A stretch of DNA of 64,000 nt, from the NCBI GenBank assembly GCA_030604825.1, contig JAUVVB010000006.1, positions 5,781 through 69,780 on the forward strand, read 5' to 3'. Below are positions 47,076 to 57,390 of the stretch, one piece after another. The stretch's first letter is position 1. Each line of letters opens with the position of its first letter. Under the pieces are notes generated by a model that worked only from the letters and a program-made list of their open reading frames with translations, had not been told where the DNA came from and searched no databases. The translations under genes were made by a program, and so were the position numbers. The stretch comes from Chloroflexota bacterium. GTDB lineage: Bacteria > Chloroflexota > Dehalococcoidia > E44-bin15.

Positions 47076-47142
47076 AATACCCCGGTAAGTCAAGAAATCT
47101 TAGCAGCGGGGGCTGAGATTGTCAAGGAAGGCCTCATCCCTC

Positions 47143-47751
47143 CTAATAGGGCTTGACGCCCAAAATCCCCTCAATTTCCTGCCTCGGTATCGCCCCCTCC
47201 CTCAATATCCTGGGTGCTTCGCCGGTTAGATCGACCACCGTAGAATCCAGGCCACCGGGGCACCGGCCGCCATCGATCACCAGGTCAACCCGGTCCCCCA
47301 TCTGCTCATGAACCTCCGCGGCGGTTAGCGGGCTGGGGGAACCGGTGAGATTGGCGCTGGTTCCGGTGATGGGGGCACCCAGCCCCTGGATAAGGGCGAT
47401 GGGCACGGGGTGATGGGGCACCCTGAGGGCAACCTTTTCGCCCCCTCCAGTTACCACCCCCGATACTGAAGGCGCTTTATATAAAACCATGGTCAAGCCC
47501 CCGGGAAGGAACCTCTCTGCCAGGTGCCAGGCAACGGGGGGCACATCCCGGGCAAAGCTCTCAATCTGGGAGATATGGGAAAGGAGCAAAGGGAGGGCAA
47601 GGTGGCGAGGCCGCCCCTTGGCTTCATAGACCCTGATCACCGCCTCCTCATCCGAGGCTTTGGCACCCAGGCCATAGACGGTGTCGGTGGGGAAGGCGAC
47701 GATGCCCCCATTCCTCAGGATGTCTATAGCTCGCCCGATCTGCCCTTCCAT
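47143..47751 (-). CDS. tsaC: L-threonylcarbamoyladenylate synthase (YrdC/TsaC/Sua5 family)
   Basis: '[16 protein letters not shown]' and '[10 protein letters not shown]' motifs. Start uncertain: 47751 (MEGQIGR) or 47850. Confidence 0.75.
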   Translation of the reverse strand: MEGQIGRAIDILRNGGIVAFPTDTVYGLGAKASDEEAVIRVYEAKGRPRHLALPLLLSHISQIESFARDVPPVAWHLAERFLPGGLTMVLYKAPSVSGVVTGGGEKVALRVPHHPVPIALIQGLGAPITGTSANLTGSPSPLTAAEVHEQMGDRVDLVIDGGRCPGGLDSTVVDLTGEAPRILREGAIPRQEIEGILGVKPY

Positions 47752-47791
47752 CTTGACGCCAGTATACCACAGTGATAAGCTTTGGTCGAGG

Positions 47792-49453
47792 ATGGAAGGA
47801 AAAAGGGATAGCTTTCGGGTAAGCACCAGCGATGACCTGGAGGTCTCCACCTATCTGGAAATCGCTAAGGAGAAGGGTGGCGAGCAGCCCATCCCCGAGA
47901 AGGCACCCGAGGTGGATCGTGGGGCGGTGGTGGTTATCGACTTCGGGTCGCAATACAGCATGCTCATCGCCAGGAGGGTGAGGGAGTGCCGGGTCTATTG
48001 CGAGATCCTCCCCCACGATGCCCCGTGGCAAAGGGTTGCCTCCCTCAAGCCCAGGGGGTTCATCTTCTCGGGAGGGCCCGCCAGCGTCTATGAGCCAGGG
48101 GTGCCCCTGGCCCCATCCTATGTCTATGAAACCCACCTTCCCATATTGGGGATCTGCTATGGGATGCAGGTGCTCGCCCATCAACTGGGGGGGAAGGTTG
48201 CCCTGGGAACAAAACACGAGTATGGCCATGCTATCCTTCATCAGGGGGATGTGGAATCGCCCATCTTCGCCGATCTGCCCCCTTCCCTGCCGGTTTGGAT
48301 GAGCCATGGCGATCAGATCTTAGAGATGCCTCCGGGGTTCACCGTCCTCGGCTACACCGAGAACTCCCCCATTGCGGTGATGGGAAATGAGTACGGGATC
48401 ATCGGGCTTCAGTTTCACCCCGAGGTAGCCCATACCCCTCAGGGAAAGGAAATCCTGAAGAACTTCCTTTACCGAATCTGTGGCTGTAGCGGCAACTGGA
48501 CCCCCGCTAGCTTCATTGCCGAGAGCGTGGAAAGGATCAGAAAGCAGGTGGGTGGGGGCAGGGTTATCTGTGCCCTCTCTGGAGGCGTTGATTCGGCGGT
48601 TACCGCTGCCCTGATTCACCGTGCCATAGGCGATCAGCTAACCTGCATCTTCGTAAACAATGGCCTTTTGCGCCGCGAGGAGGCGGAGAGAACCCTCAAC
48701 ACCTTCCAGCGCAACCTGAAGATGAACATCATCTACGTCGATGCCACCGAGAGGTTCCTCCAGCGGCTGGAGGGGGTGGTCGACCCCGAGGCGAAACGCC
48801 GCGTGGTGGGGGAGGAGTTTATTCAGGTTTTCGAGGAGGAGGCAGCCAAGCTGGGCAGGGTTGATTTTCTGGCTCAGGGCACCCTTTACCCCGATGTCAT
48901 CGAGAGCACCACCCCTGAGAGCAAGGCCTCGGCGAAGATAAAGACCCATCACAATGTTGGCGCCCTGCCCACCAAGATGACCTTCTCCTTGATCGAGCCG
49001 CTACGCTACCTGTTCAAGGATGAGGTGAGGGAGGTGGGGCTTGAGCTGGGTATGCCCGAGGAGATGGTATGGCGGCAGCCCTTCCCCGGACCGGGGCTTG
49101 CCATCCGCATCATCGGCGAGGTGACCAAAGACAGGCTGGAGATACTCAGGGCTGCCGACTGGGTGGTGATGAACGAGATAAAGAAGGCGAAGCTATACCG
49201 CCAGCTCTGGCAGAGCTTCGCCGTGCTCACCGATACCAGGAGCGTGGGGGTGATGGGGGATTTCCGCACCTACGGTCATCTGGTGGCCATTCGCGCCGTA
49301 ACCAGTGAGGATGCAATGACCGCTGACTGGGCCCGCCTCCCCTACGACCTTTTGGCACGCATCTCAAATCGCATCGTAAACGAGGTGTCGGGGGTGAATC
49401 GGGTGGTTTATGATATCTGTTCAAAGCCCCCCTCCACCATAGAGTGGGAATAG
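47792..49453 (+). CDS. guaA: GMP synthase (glutamine-hydrolysing)
   Basis: GATase 'ILGICYGMQ', 'SGGVDSAV' PP-loop and C-terminal dimerisation domain. Start uncertain (ATG 47792, or GTG around 47912). The track ORF from 47681 overlaps tsaC. Confidence 0.85.
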   Translation: MEGKRDSFRVSTSDDLEVSTYLEIAKEKGGEQPIPEKAPEVDRGAVVVIDFGSQYSMLIARRVRECRVYCEILPHDAPWQRVASLKPRGFIFSGGPASVYEPGVPLAPSYVYETHLPILGICYGMQVLAHQLGGKVALGTKHEYGHAILHQGDVESPIFADLPPSLPVWMSHGDQILEMPPGFTVLGYTENSPIAVMGNEYGIIGLQFHPEVAHTPQGKEILKNFLYRICGCSGNWTPASFIAESVERIRKQVGGGRVICALSGGVDSAVTAALIHRAIGDQLTCIFVNNGLLRREEAERTLNTFQRNLKMNIIYVDATERFLQRLEGVVDPEAKRRVVGEEFIQVFEEEAAKLGRVDFLAQGTLYPDVIESTTPESKASAKIKTHHNVGALPTKMTFSLIEPLRYLFKDEVREVGLELGMPEEMVWRQPFPGPGLAIRIIGEVTKDRLEILRAADWVVMNEIKKAKLYRQLWQSFAVLTDTRSVGVMGDFRTYGHLVAIRAVTSEDAMTADWARLPYDLLARISNRIVNEVSGVNRVVYDICSKPPSTIEWE

Positions 49454-49469
49454 GAAAGGAAGGTGATGG

Positions 49470-49718
49470 ATGAGCTACCAATATGAAAGTGACGAAGGCG
49501 TAGAGATTGACCTGGAGATGCTCCGGGATGACCTCGTTGGGGAGTTGCAGGCGATCAATCAGTATCAGGACCATATCGACACCATAGGGGATGAAGAGGG
49601 AAGGCGAGTTCTGGAGCACATTCGCGACGATGAGAAGGAGCATGTCGCCGAGCTGATGAAGCTGCTCCAGAGGCTGGATCCCACCCAGGCGGAGAAGTTC
49701 AAAAAAGAGGATTTGTAA
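49470..49718 (+). CDS. small ferritin-like (EncFtn/rubrerythrin-like half-ferritin) protein
   Basis: 82 aa with 'ELQAINQYQDHID...EHIRDDEKEHVAELMKLL', a half-ferritin E...ExxH diiron motif. It resembles encapsulated-ferritin family members as I recall them. Confidence 0.5.
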   Translation: MSYQYESDEGVEIDLEMLRDDLVGELQAINQYQDHIDTIGDEEGRRVLEHIRDDEKEHVAELMKLLQRLDPTQAEKFKKEDL

Positions 49719-49725
49719 TTCTGCC

Positions 49726-50990
49726 ATGAAGGTGCTGGTCATCGGGGGGGGGCCAGAGAGCATTCCCTGGTGTGGAAGTTGAGCCAGAGCCCAAAGGTCA
49801 AGGAGATCTACGTAGCTCCGGGAAATGCGGGAACCGGCCTCATAGCTCAGAACCTCGATATTAAGGCCACCGACCTTGAGGCGCTCGCTCAGGCAGTTCA
49901 AGAACGAAAAATTGACCTCGCCGTTGTGGGGCCGGAAGCGCCGCTGGCTATGGGAATCGCGGATCTATTTCAGAGCCGGGGCATCCCATGTTTTGGTCCC
50001 ACCAGGGAAGCGACCAGGATAGAATCGAGCAAGGTCTTCGCTAAGGAGCTGATGCAGAAATATGGCATCCCTTGCGCCCAGAGCCGAATTTTTTCCTCCT
50101 TCAGTGAGGCAAAAGCCTATGTGGAGGCTCAGCATCCACCCATCGTGGTGAAGGCGGACGGGCTGGCGGCAGGGAAAGGGAGCATAGTGGCCCAGTCCAG
50201 GGAGGAGGCGCTGGCCGCCCTCTCCGAGATCATGGAGCAGCATATCTTCGGCAGCGCCGGCGACCAGGTGCTGGTGGAGGAGTGCCTTGAGGGAAAGGAG
50301 GTAAGCCTTCTCGCCTTCACCGATGGCAAGACCGTTGTCTCCATGGTGCCCGCCTGCGACTACAAGAGGGTTTTCGATGGCGACCTGGGTCCCAACACCG
50401 GGGGAATGGGGGGCTATAGCCCCCCAAATTTCTTCGATGAGGCGCTGATGGATAGGGTTAAGCACACCATCCTTGAACCAACCGTAAGGGCGATGGCGAG
50501 GGAGGGGAAGCCCTATAAGGGGGTGCTCTACGCCGGGCTGATGCTCACTAAACAGGGGCCAAAGGTACTGGAGTTTAACGCCCGTTTTGGCGACCCCGAG
50601 AACCAGGTGATGATCCCCCGCCTCAACGGCGACCTGGTGGAGATCATGCTGGCGGTGCTCGATGGCACCCTGGAGCGGACGAGGGTGGAGTGGAGCGATG
50701 AGGCCTGCGTTGGCGTGGTCATGGCCTCGGGGGGCTATCCCGGCAGCTACAATACCAGCTTCCCCATCGAGGGGCTGGATAAGGTGGATGAGGATATCCT
50801 GGTTTTTCACGCCGGGACAAAGGCAAAAGGAGACAGGATATATACCGATGGGGGCAGGGTGCTCACCGTTGCCGCTACGGGGAAGGACATCGCCGAGGCG
50901 AGAAACAAGGTTTATCATAATATCCCCCGCATCCACTTCGAGGGCTGCCATTTTCGCACCGACATCGCAGCAAGGGAACTGGAGGGCTAG
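49726..50990 (+). CDS. purD: phosphoribosylamine--glycine ligase, with an apparent frameshift in a G9 homopolymer at 49744-49752
   Basis: ATG at 49726 encodes 'MKVLVIGGG' then hits a stop. The rest of PurD (from 'REHSLVWKLSQSPKVKEIYVAPGNAG' onward, ATP-grasp) is in the neighbouring frame (track ORF 49770-50990). One extra G in the G9 run restores a full-length PurD. Confidence 0.75.
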
Positions 50991-50992
50991 CT

Positions 50993-51445
50993 ATGCCACT
51001 GGTGGGCGTGGTCATGGGAAGCAGAACCGATGAGCCGTTGATGAAGCCAGCGCTGGATACGCTTGAGGAGCTGGGCATCGAATATGAGGTCTCGGTCGTC
51101 TCGGCACATCGAAACCCGGAAAGGGCCAGGGAGTACGGGATGAAGGCGCAGGGGCGTGGTCTTGAGGTGATCATTGCCGGCGCCGGAGGGGCAGCGCACC
51201 TGCCCGGCGTTCTCGCCAGCTGGACCACCCTTCCTGTCATTGGCGTTCCCCTGGCCAGGGGCGAGCTCAAGGGGATGGATGCCCTCTATTCCATGGCTCA
51301 GATGCCTGCCGGGGTTCCCGTTGCCTGTGTTGCCATCGATGGGGCAAAAAACGCAGCCCTGCTGGCAGCCGCCATCCTCGCCTTAAAGCACGAAGAAATA
51401 AAGAAAGCCTTTGAAAAATATCGGCAAAGCCTATCGCAGGGCTAG
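50993..51445 (+). CDS. purE: 5-(carboxyamino)imidazole ribonucleotide mutase
   Basis: 150 aa with 'VGVVMGSRTD' and 'IIAGAGGAAHLPGV'. Confidence 0.85.
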   Translation: MPLVGVVMGSRTDEPLMKPALDTLEELGIEYEVSVVSAHRNPERAREYGMKAQGRGLEVIIAGAGGAAHLPGVLASWTTLPVIGVPLARGELKGMDALYSMAQMPAGVPVACVAIDGAKNAALLAAAILALKHEEIKKAFEKYRQSLSQG

Positions 51446-51478
51446 AATTATCCGAAAAAGCAAACAGGACGAAAAAAG

Positions 51479-52768
51479 ATGATTGAACGCTATTCAAGGC
51501 CCCAGATGAAGAAGGTCTGGTCGGATGAGAGCAAGTTCGATAAGTGGCTTCAGGTGGAGATCGCCGTCTGCGAGGCCTGGGCTGAGCTGGGGGAAATCCC
51601 CAAGGATGCCGTCCCCAAGATCAAGGAGGCGCGCTATGACCTGAAGCGCATCGAGGAGATCCTCAAGCAGACCCACCACGACATGACTGCCTTCCTGGGG
51701 TCGGTGGCGGAGAGCCTGGGGGAGGAGAGCCGCTTCATTCACCTCGGGCTTACCTCCTCCGATATCATGGACACCGCTTTGAGCCTGCAACTGGTGGAGG
51801 CCGCAGACCTGCTGGCCGAGGACATAGATGAGCTTATCCAGGTTCTTAAACAGAGGGCGGTAGAGCACAAGCATACCATAATGATGGGGCGAACCCACGG
51901 CGTCCATGCCGAGCCCACCACCTTCGGCCTCAAGCTCGCCCTGTGGGTGGAGGAGATGAGGAGGAATGCCCACAGGCTTGCCGAGGCAAAGAAGGCGATT
52001 TCCGTGGGCAAGATATCAGGAGCAGTAGGCACTTATGCTTCAGTTTCGCCCGAGGTCGAAAAAAGGGCCTGCGCCAAGCTGGGGCTGGAGCCAGCGCCCA
52101 TATCCAGCCAGATCGTGCAGCGCGACCGCCATGCCCAGTTCATGACCACCCTGGCCATCATCGCCAGCTCCCTGGAGAAGTTTGCCACTGAGATCAGGGG
52201 GCTGCAGCGGACGGAGATACTGGAGGCGGAGGAGCCCTTCGAGCCGGGGCAGACCGGCTCCTCGGCGATGCCCCACAAGCGAAACCCCGAGCTCTGCGAG
52301 CGAATCTGTGGCCTGGCCAGGCTGGTTCGAGGGAATGCCCTGGCATCCCTGGAGAACATCTCCCTGTGGCATGAGCGCGACATCAGCCATTCCTCGACGG
52401 AGCGAATAATCCTCCCCGACTCCTGCCTGGTGGTGGACTATGCCCTCTCCCTGTTCACCTATATTATGAAGGGGCTTCAGGTATATCCAGAGCACATGAG
52501 GCAAAACCTGGACGTCAGCAGGGGGCTGGTCTTCTCGCAGCGGGTGCTCATTGCCCTCATCGAAAAGGGGCTGAGCCGTGGGCAGGCATATGAACTGGTG
52601 CAGCGAAATGCGATGCAGGCCTGGAAAGAGAGGGCGGATTTCCTCAGTTTGCTTCAGAGCGACCCCGATGTAAGTAAGCATCTTTCCAAATCTGACCTTG
52701 ACGGTTTATTCGACTACGGATTTTTCCTGCGCCATGTGGACGAGATTTTCGCCAGGCTGGGGCTATAA
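51479..52768 (+). CDS. purB: adenylosuccinate lyase
   Basis: 429 aa with the fumarate-lyase signature 'GSSAMPHKRNP'. Confidence 0.9.
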   Translation: MIERYSRPQMKKVWSDESKFDKWLQVEIAVCEAWAELGEIPKDAVPKIKEARYDLKRIEEILKQTHHDMTAFLGSVAESLGEESRFIHLGLTSSDIMDTALSLQLVEAADLLAEDIDELIQVLKQRAVEHKHTIMMGRTHGVHAEPTTFGLKLALWVEEMRRNAHRLAEAKKAISVGKISGAVGTYASVSPEVEKRACAKLGLEPAPISSQIVQRDRHAQFMTTLAIIASSLEKFATEIRGLQRTEILEAEEPFEPGQTGSSAMPHKRNPELCERICGLARLVRGNALASLENISLWHERDISHSSTERIILPDSCLVVDYALSLFTYIMKGLQVYPEHMRQNLDVSRGLVFSQRVLIALIEKGLSRGQAYELVQRNAMQAWKERADFLSLLQSDPDVSKHLSKSDLDGLFDYGFFLRHVDEIFARLGL

Positions 52769-52794
52769 TAACGTGTGGGGTGGTTTTGGGAATC

Positions 52795-53526
52795 ATGGCA
52801 AATCAGAGCAGCGGCAAAGACTTATATGCCATCTATGACACTTGCATAGCTAAAATCGATGAGGTTCTTAGCTTTTACTATCCAGCTGACGAATTCTTCA
52901 AAGGAGCTACATATGAATTTGAAGATAGATTTCTACAAGAAAGCAACAGGATGGAACAAATTCTAACAGAATGGCGCAACTTCTACACAAGGGCAGGCCC
53001 ACTAAACCTGCCTTCGGATCCAGAAACCCACCTCAATGATATCAAGGCCATTTGTGAAAAGTCTCTTAAGGAAACGTGGGCTATTATTTGCTCCCTTGAC
53101 CATTCACGACGAGATTTATTATGCAAACTCTCTCTGGTTTATGTGGTTGGCTTATTTGAAGCGTTTTTCACAGACTCGGTTGAACAGGTTCTGAGCAAAA
53201 GCCAGCTGGAGAAATTCAAAAAACTTAGCTTCAGAAACCAAGTAAGTTATCTCCAGAGTCTCGACATAGATATAGATGACTCGCAAGTAAAGACGTCGGA
53301 AATTGACGAAGTGTTTGCCCGAAGAAACTTACTCCTGCATTGTGGGGGAAAGGTGGACAAACGCTACCTCGACCGTGTAGGGTATTCCCCTTATAAGGAG
53401 AGTGAAGAGATTCCCGTTGATGAAGAGTATTTTCGCAGAGCTGCTTACAGCTTCAGAAGGTTGGCTGAATATCTGTACGGGGTATTCAAAGCCAAACAAG
53501 AGGGGAATTATGGAACTGCTACTTGA
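52795..53526 (+). CDS. hypothetical protein with a HEPN-like RNxxxH motif (Abi_2/DUF4145-like), on an AT-rich islet
   Basis: About 243 aa with low GC. The C-terminal region has 'FARRNLLLHCGG', matching the R-N-x-x-x-H HEPN motif. No other recognisable domain. ATG at 52795; the ORF track uses the GTG at 52780. Confidence 0.55.
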   Translation: MANQSSGKDLYAIYDTCIAKIDEVLSFYYPADEFFKGATYEFEDRFLQESNRMEQILTEWRNFYTRAGPLNLPSDPETHLNDIKAICEKSLKETWAIICSLDHSRRDLLCKLSLVYVVGLFEAFFTDSVEQVLSKSQLEKFKKLSFRNQVSYLQSLDIDIDDSQVKTSEIDEVFARRNLLLHCGGKVDKRYLDRVGYSPYKESEEIPVDEEYFRRAAYSFRRLAEYLYGVFKAKQEGNYGTAT

Positions 53527-54418
53527 AACCGATCTGCCCAACCTTTACCGCAGGGGCAAGGTGCGGGATACCTATGATATGGGCGATAGGTTGCTGATGA
53601 TCTCCACCGACCGCATCTCCGCCTTCGATGTGGTGCTGCCCTGCGGCATCCCCGATAAGGGAATCGTCTTGAACCAGCTTTCCGCCTTCTGGTTCGAGAA
53701 GACGGCGCACCTGGTGCCCAACCATCTGCTGGAGGTGGTGGACGATGCGGAGTGGCTCAATCGGGTTTACGGGGAGAAGGTTTGCGTCTCCTATTATTCC
53801 TTCCCCCCTTATGTCGCCCGCCGCTCCATGATAGTGAGGAAGGCGGAGCGCATCGATATCGAGTGCGTTGTCCGAGGCTACCTCTCAGGCTCGGCCTGGG
53901 CCGAGTACAAGGAGAGGGGTGCTATCGGGGACATCCACCTTCCCCCGGGATTGGCGGAGAGCGAAAAATTCCCCGAGCCCATCTTCACCCCGACCACCAA
54001 GGCGGCAACTGGGCATGATGAGCCAGTCTCGCTGGATGATATGAAAGGGCTCATTGGCGAAGGGCGAACGCGAGAGATCGTGGAGAAGAGCATGGCCATA
54101 TACCGCTATGCCCTTGACTTCGCCCTGGAGCGGGGGATCATCATCGCCGATACCAAAATGGAATTCGGGCTGGTGGACGGCGAGGTGATACTGATAGACG
54201 AGCTTCTGACCCCGGACTCCAGCCGCTTCTGGGATGCAGCCCATTATGAGGCGGGGCGCCCCCAGCCAAGCTTCGATAAGCAGCCGGTGAGGGACTGGCT
54301 CGTCCAGTCGGGGTGGAATAAAGAGCCCCCGGCGCCCGTTCTGCCCCCGGATGTCATCGAGCAGACCTCAAAGCGATATCGGGAGGCATATCGCCGGCTG
54401 ACCGGAAAGGAAATCTAG
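53510..54418 (+). CDS. purC: phosphoribosylaminoimidazole-succinocarboxamide synthase
   Basis: 'LLYRGKVRDTY' and 'LIDEL...TPDSSRFW' SAICAR synthetase motifs. Start at MELLLETDL (53510, RBS AAGAGGGG). The ORF track starts at 53402. Confidence 0.85.
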   Translation: MELLLETDLPNLYRRGKVRDTYDMGDRLLMISTDRISAFDVVLPCGIPDKGIVLNQLSAFWFEKTAHLVPNHLLEVVDDAEWLNRVYGEKVCVSYYSFPPYVARRSMIVRKAERIDIECVVRGYLSGSAWAEYKERGAIGDIHLPPGLAESEKFPEPIFTPTTKAATGHDEPVSLDDMKGLIGEGRTREIVEKSMAIYRYALDFALERGIIIADTKMEFGLVDGEVILIDELLTPDSSRFWDAAHYEAGRPQPSFDKQPVRDWLVQSGWNKEPPAPVLPPDVIEQTSKRYREAYRRLTGKEI

Positions 54419-55005
54419 CCTTCGATTACCCCCTTGGTGCTGGGCACTTTTCGCCCTAGGCGCTCATCGATTTTAGTCGCGGCATCCAATGCCCGGCCCA
54501 GAGCCTTGAAGATCGCCTCCGCCTTGTGATGGTCGTCCTCGCCAGAGAGCAGCCTGGCATGGAGATTGAGCCGCCCTTCGATGGCAAAGGTTTTCAGAAA
54601 GTGGGCCACCAGGTCGCTCTCCAGGTCTCCGATCTTCTTCCTCTTGAATCGAGCCTCGATGGCGGCATATCCCCTGCCCCCAACATCTATCGCCACCATG
54701 GCTAGCACCTCATCCATAGGCACAATGGCATGAGCCATACGGGCAATGCCTTTCCCTTCGCCCAGGGCTTTTCTCAGGGCCTGCCCCAGGCAAATAGCCA
54801 CGTCCTCTACTACGTGGTGCTGGTCCTCTCCCGAAGCTTTAATCTTTATGTCAAATAACCCGTGCTGAGCGATGTGGGTGAGCATGTGGTTGAACATCTT
54901 AATGCCGGTATTTATCTCGAATTTGCCTTTGCCATCTACCAACAGCTCCACGCTGATCTTGGTTTCGGTGGTATCGCGGGTGATAACGGCTTTTCTCTCA
55001 GCCAC
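54415..55005 (-). CDS. hisB: imidazoleglycerol-phosphate dehydratase
   Basis: 196 aa with 'ITRDTTETKISVEL' and duplicated 'HHxxE' metal motifs. Confidence 0.85.
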   Translation of the reverse strand: MAERKAVITRDTTETKISVELLVDGKGKFEINTGIKMFNHMLTHIAQHGLFDIKIKASGEDQHHVVEDVAICLGQALRKALGEGKGIARMAHAIVPMDEVLAMVAIDVGGRGYAAIEARFKRKKIGDLESDLVAHFLKTFAIEGRLNLHARLLSGEDDHHKAEAIFKALGRALDAATKIDERLGRKVPSTKGVIEG

Positions 55006-56113
55006 TGCGCTTTCCTCCTACCTCTGAAAGTGCCTCCATGAGGGCATCGGTGTGCTCTGGCCTGCCTACGCTGATGCGAAGGGAGTTTCGTAGTAGCGGG
55101 GTGTCGAAATGGCGCACGAATATGCCCTTCTGCTTTAGCCCTTGGTGAATTCGCTCCGCATTCCCCTCAACCACAGCACAAAAGATGAAATTGGCCTGGG
55201 AGGGGAAGGGCTTGAGGAACTTGAGTCGCTTAAGCTGGGCAAAAAGCCGCTCCCTCTCCGCAAGGATGGCCTTCACTGAAGCCTGGAGATGCTCCAGGTC
55301 TTCCAGGGATTCCTTAACCGCGAGCTGAGCCGCCAGGTTCACATTATAGGGCTGCTTTATCTTCAGGATCTGCTCGGCGATGAGGGTGGGGAAGATTCCA
55401 TAGCCAATCCTCAGCCCGGCAAGCCCGGCCCACTTGCTGAAGCTGCGCAAAACGATGAGGTTTTCATGCTGGGGAACCAGAGGGGCAACGGTGACCCCGC
55501 TAAATTCATAGTACGCCTCATCCACCACCACCACGATTCCCGCCTCCACCAGCTCCAGGATATCCCGCTCCGGGGCGACATTTCCGGTGGGGTTATTGGG
55601 CGAGGCGATGAAGACGAGCTTGGTTTTCTCATCTATGGCTTCCTTTATCGCCGCCACGTCGATGGCGTAGGCCCGGTCGCGGAGCACGCTTACCACCTCA
55701 CCACCGCAAAGCTCGGTGCTAAAGGGGTACATGCCGAAGGTGGGCACGCAGTTTATCACCCGATCCCCGGGCTCAACGAAAAGGCGAAGCACCAGGTCGA
55801 TGAGCTCATCGCTGCCGCTGCCGGCCACGATGTGCTTTTCATCCACCCCCACATATCCCTGCAGCGCCCTTCTCACCTCCCTCTGCTCGGGGTCGGGATA
55901 GATGTGATACAGGGGATAGCTGGCAAGGGCGCGCTGCACCCGTGGCGAGCAGCCGTAGGGGTTCTCGTTGCCATCCAGCTTTATCAGCTTATCCGGGGGG
56001 AGGTTGACTTCCTCGCTGAGGGCCTCCAGGGGAACGATGGGCTGATAGCCCTCGAGCCCCAGAAGGTCACCCCTCATCAGCCCCTTCACCCCTCTTAAAG
56101 GATCGGGTTTCAT
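54998..56113 (-). CDS. hisC: histidinol-phosphate aminotransferase
   Basis: 371 aa class-II aminotransferase with 'KLDGNENPYG' and 'VLRSFSKWAGLAGLRIGY' PLP-Lys region. Confidence 0.85.
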   Translation of the reverse strand: MKPDPLRGVKGLMRGDLLGLEGYQPIVPLEALSEEVNLPPDKLIKLDGNENPYGCSPRVQRALASYPLYHIYPDPEQREVRRALQGYVGVDEKHIVAGSGSDELIDLVLRLFVEPGDRVINCVPTFGMYPFSTELCGGEVVSVLRDRAYAIDVAAIKEAIDEKTKLVFIASPNNPTGNVAPERDILELVEAGIVVVVDEAYYEFSGVTVAPLVPQHENLIVLRSFSKWAGLAGLRIGYGIFPTLIAEQILKIKQPYNVNLAAQLAVKESLEDLEHLQASVKAILAERERLFAQLKRLKFLKPFPSQANFIFCAVVEGNAERIHQGLKQKGIFVRHFDTPLLRNSLRISVGRPEHTDALMEALSEVGGKRSG

Positions 56114-57390
56114 CTCTTGCCCTCCTGCTCGAGTCTTTGCTCCACGGCACGGGCATGGGCGGTGAGCCCCTCGGCCCTGGCGATGGTGGCGGCAGCGGGG
56201 CCCAGCGCCTCCAGCTCGCTATCGCTCAAGGCAATCACGCTGGTTGACTTGAGGAAATCGTAAACCCCAAGGGGTGAGCTGAAGCGGGCGCTGCCCCCTG
56301 TGGGCAGCACATGGCTCGGCCCGGCAACATAGTCCCCCAGGGTTTCCGGGGAGCTCTCGCCGATGAAGATGGCCCCCACGTTGCGAATCCTATCCACATA
56401 AGAAGGGGCATGGCGCACCATCAGCGAGAGGTGCTCGGGGGCATGGAGGTTCACCAGCTCGATGGCCTGCTCCATGTCTTTGACCACGATTATCCTCCCC
56501 CTCTGCTGCCAGGATTGGGAGGCGATGGTGCGGCGTTCCAATCCCCTAAGCTGGCGCTCAACCTCTTTATCCACCTCCTCCGCCAGCTTTGAGGAGGTGG
56601 TGATGAGGATGGATGAGGAAAGGACATCGTGCTCCGCCTGGGCCAGGAGGTCAGCAGCGCAGAGGGAAGGAGAGGCCGAGTCATCTGCCAGGATCACCGT
56701 CTCTGAGGGTCCCGCCAGCCCATCGATATCCACCACGCCAAAGACCATCTTCTTGGCCAGGACGACGAAGATATTGCCCGGTCCGCAGATCTTATCCACC
56801 CTGGGGACGGACTGGGTGCCGAAGGCGAGGGCGGCAATTGCCTGAGCGCCGCCTACCTTAAACACCCTATCCACCTGGGCGATGTCGGCTGCCACCAGCG
56901 TGGGCGAGGGGATTACACCCCCTTTTCCTGGTGGTGTGGCCAGGACGATCTCCTTGACCCCCGCCACTTTGGCGGGGATGGCGGTCATCAGAACGGTGGA
57001 TGGATAGCAAGCGGTGCCTCCGGGCGCATATATGCCCACCCTATCCAGGGGGCGAAGGATCTGCCCCAATCCCCCTTGCCTGAATTCCTTCAAGCTGTGG
57101 CGCATCTGGGCAAGGTGAAAGGAGCGAACCCTTTGGGCGGCAAGATGGAGGGCTGAAAGAAGCTCCTCGCCTACCTCCCTATAGGCTTTCTCCACCTCCT
57201 CCCTGCTCGCCGCCAGGGACTCAAGCTCTACCCCATCGAGCCTTCTGGTGAAGTCCAGAAGGGCAGCATCTCCCCGTTCGCGAACCTCGGTGATGATTCT
57301 TTCTACTTCCTGTTTCCTGCTCTCCCCGATTTCAAAGGTCGAGCGCTCTAGAACGGCCTTCGCCTCATCGAAATCCCTAATTATCCTCAC
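56110..57390 (-). CDS. hisD: histidinol dehydrogenase
   Basis: 426 aa with 'GIYAPGGTACYPS' and 'AQAEHD' signatures. Confidence 0.9.
   Translation of the reverse strand: MRIIRDFDEAKAVLERSTFEIGESRKQEVERIITEVRERGDAALLDFTRRLDGVELESLAASREEVEKAYREVGEELLSALHLAAQRVRSFHLAQMRHSLKEFRQGGLGQILRPLDRVGIYAPGGTACYPSTVLMTAIPAKVAGVKEIVLATPPGKGGVIPSPTLVAADIAQVDRVFKVGGAQAIAALAFGTQSVPRVDKICGPGNIFVVLAKKMVFGVVDIDGLAGPSETVILADDSASPSLCAADLLAQAEHDVLSSSILITTSSKLAEEVDKEVERQLRGLERRTIASQSWQQRGRIIVVKDMEQAIELVNLHAPEHLSLMVRHAPSYVDRIRNVGAIFIGESSPETLGDYVAGPSHVLPTGGSARFSSPLGVYDFLKSTSVIALSDSELEALGPAAATIARAEGLTAHARAVEQRLEQEGKR

Noticed and set aside
47681-47850. N-terminal extension of guaA overlapping tsaC
   Set aside because: The GMP synthase homology starts near [10 protein letters not shown]. 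The upstream part of the ORF overlaps the convergent or antiparallel tsaC and is probably untranslated. The start was moved to 47792 (still uncertain).
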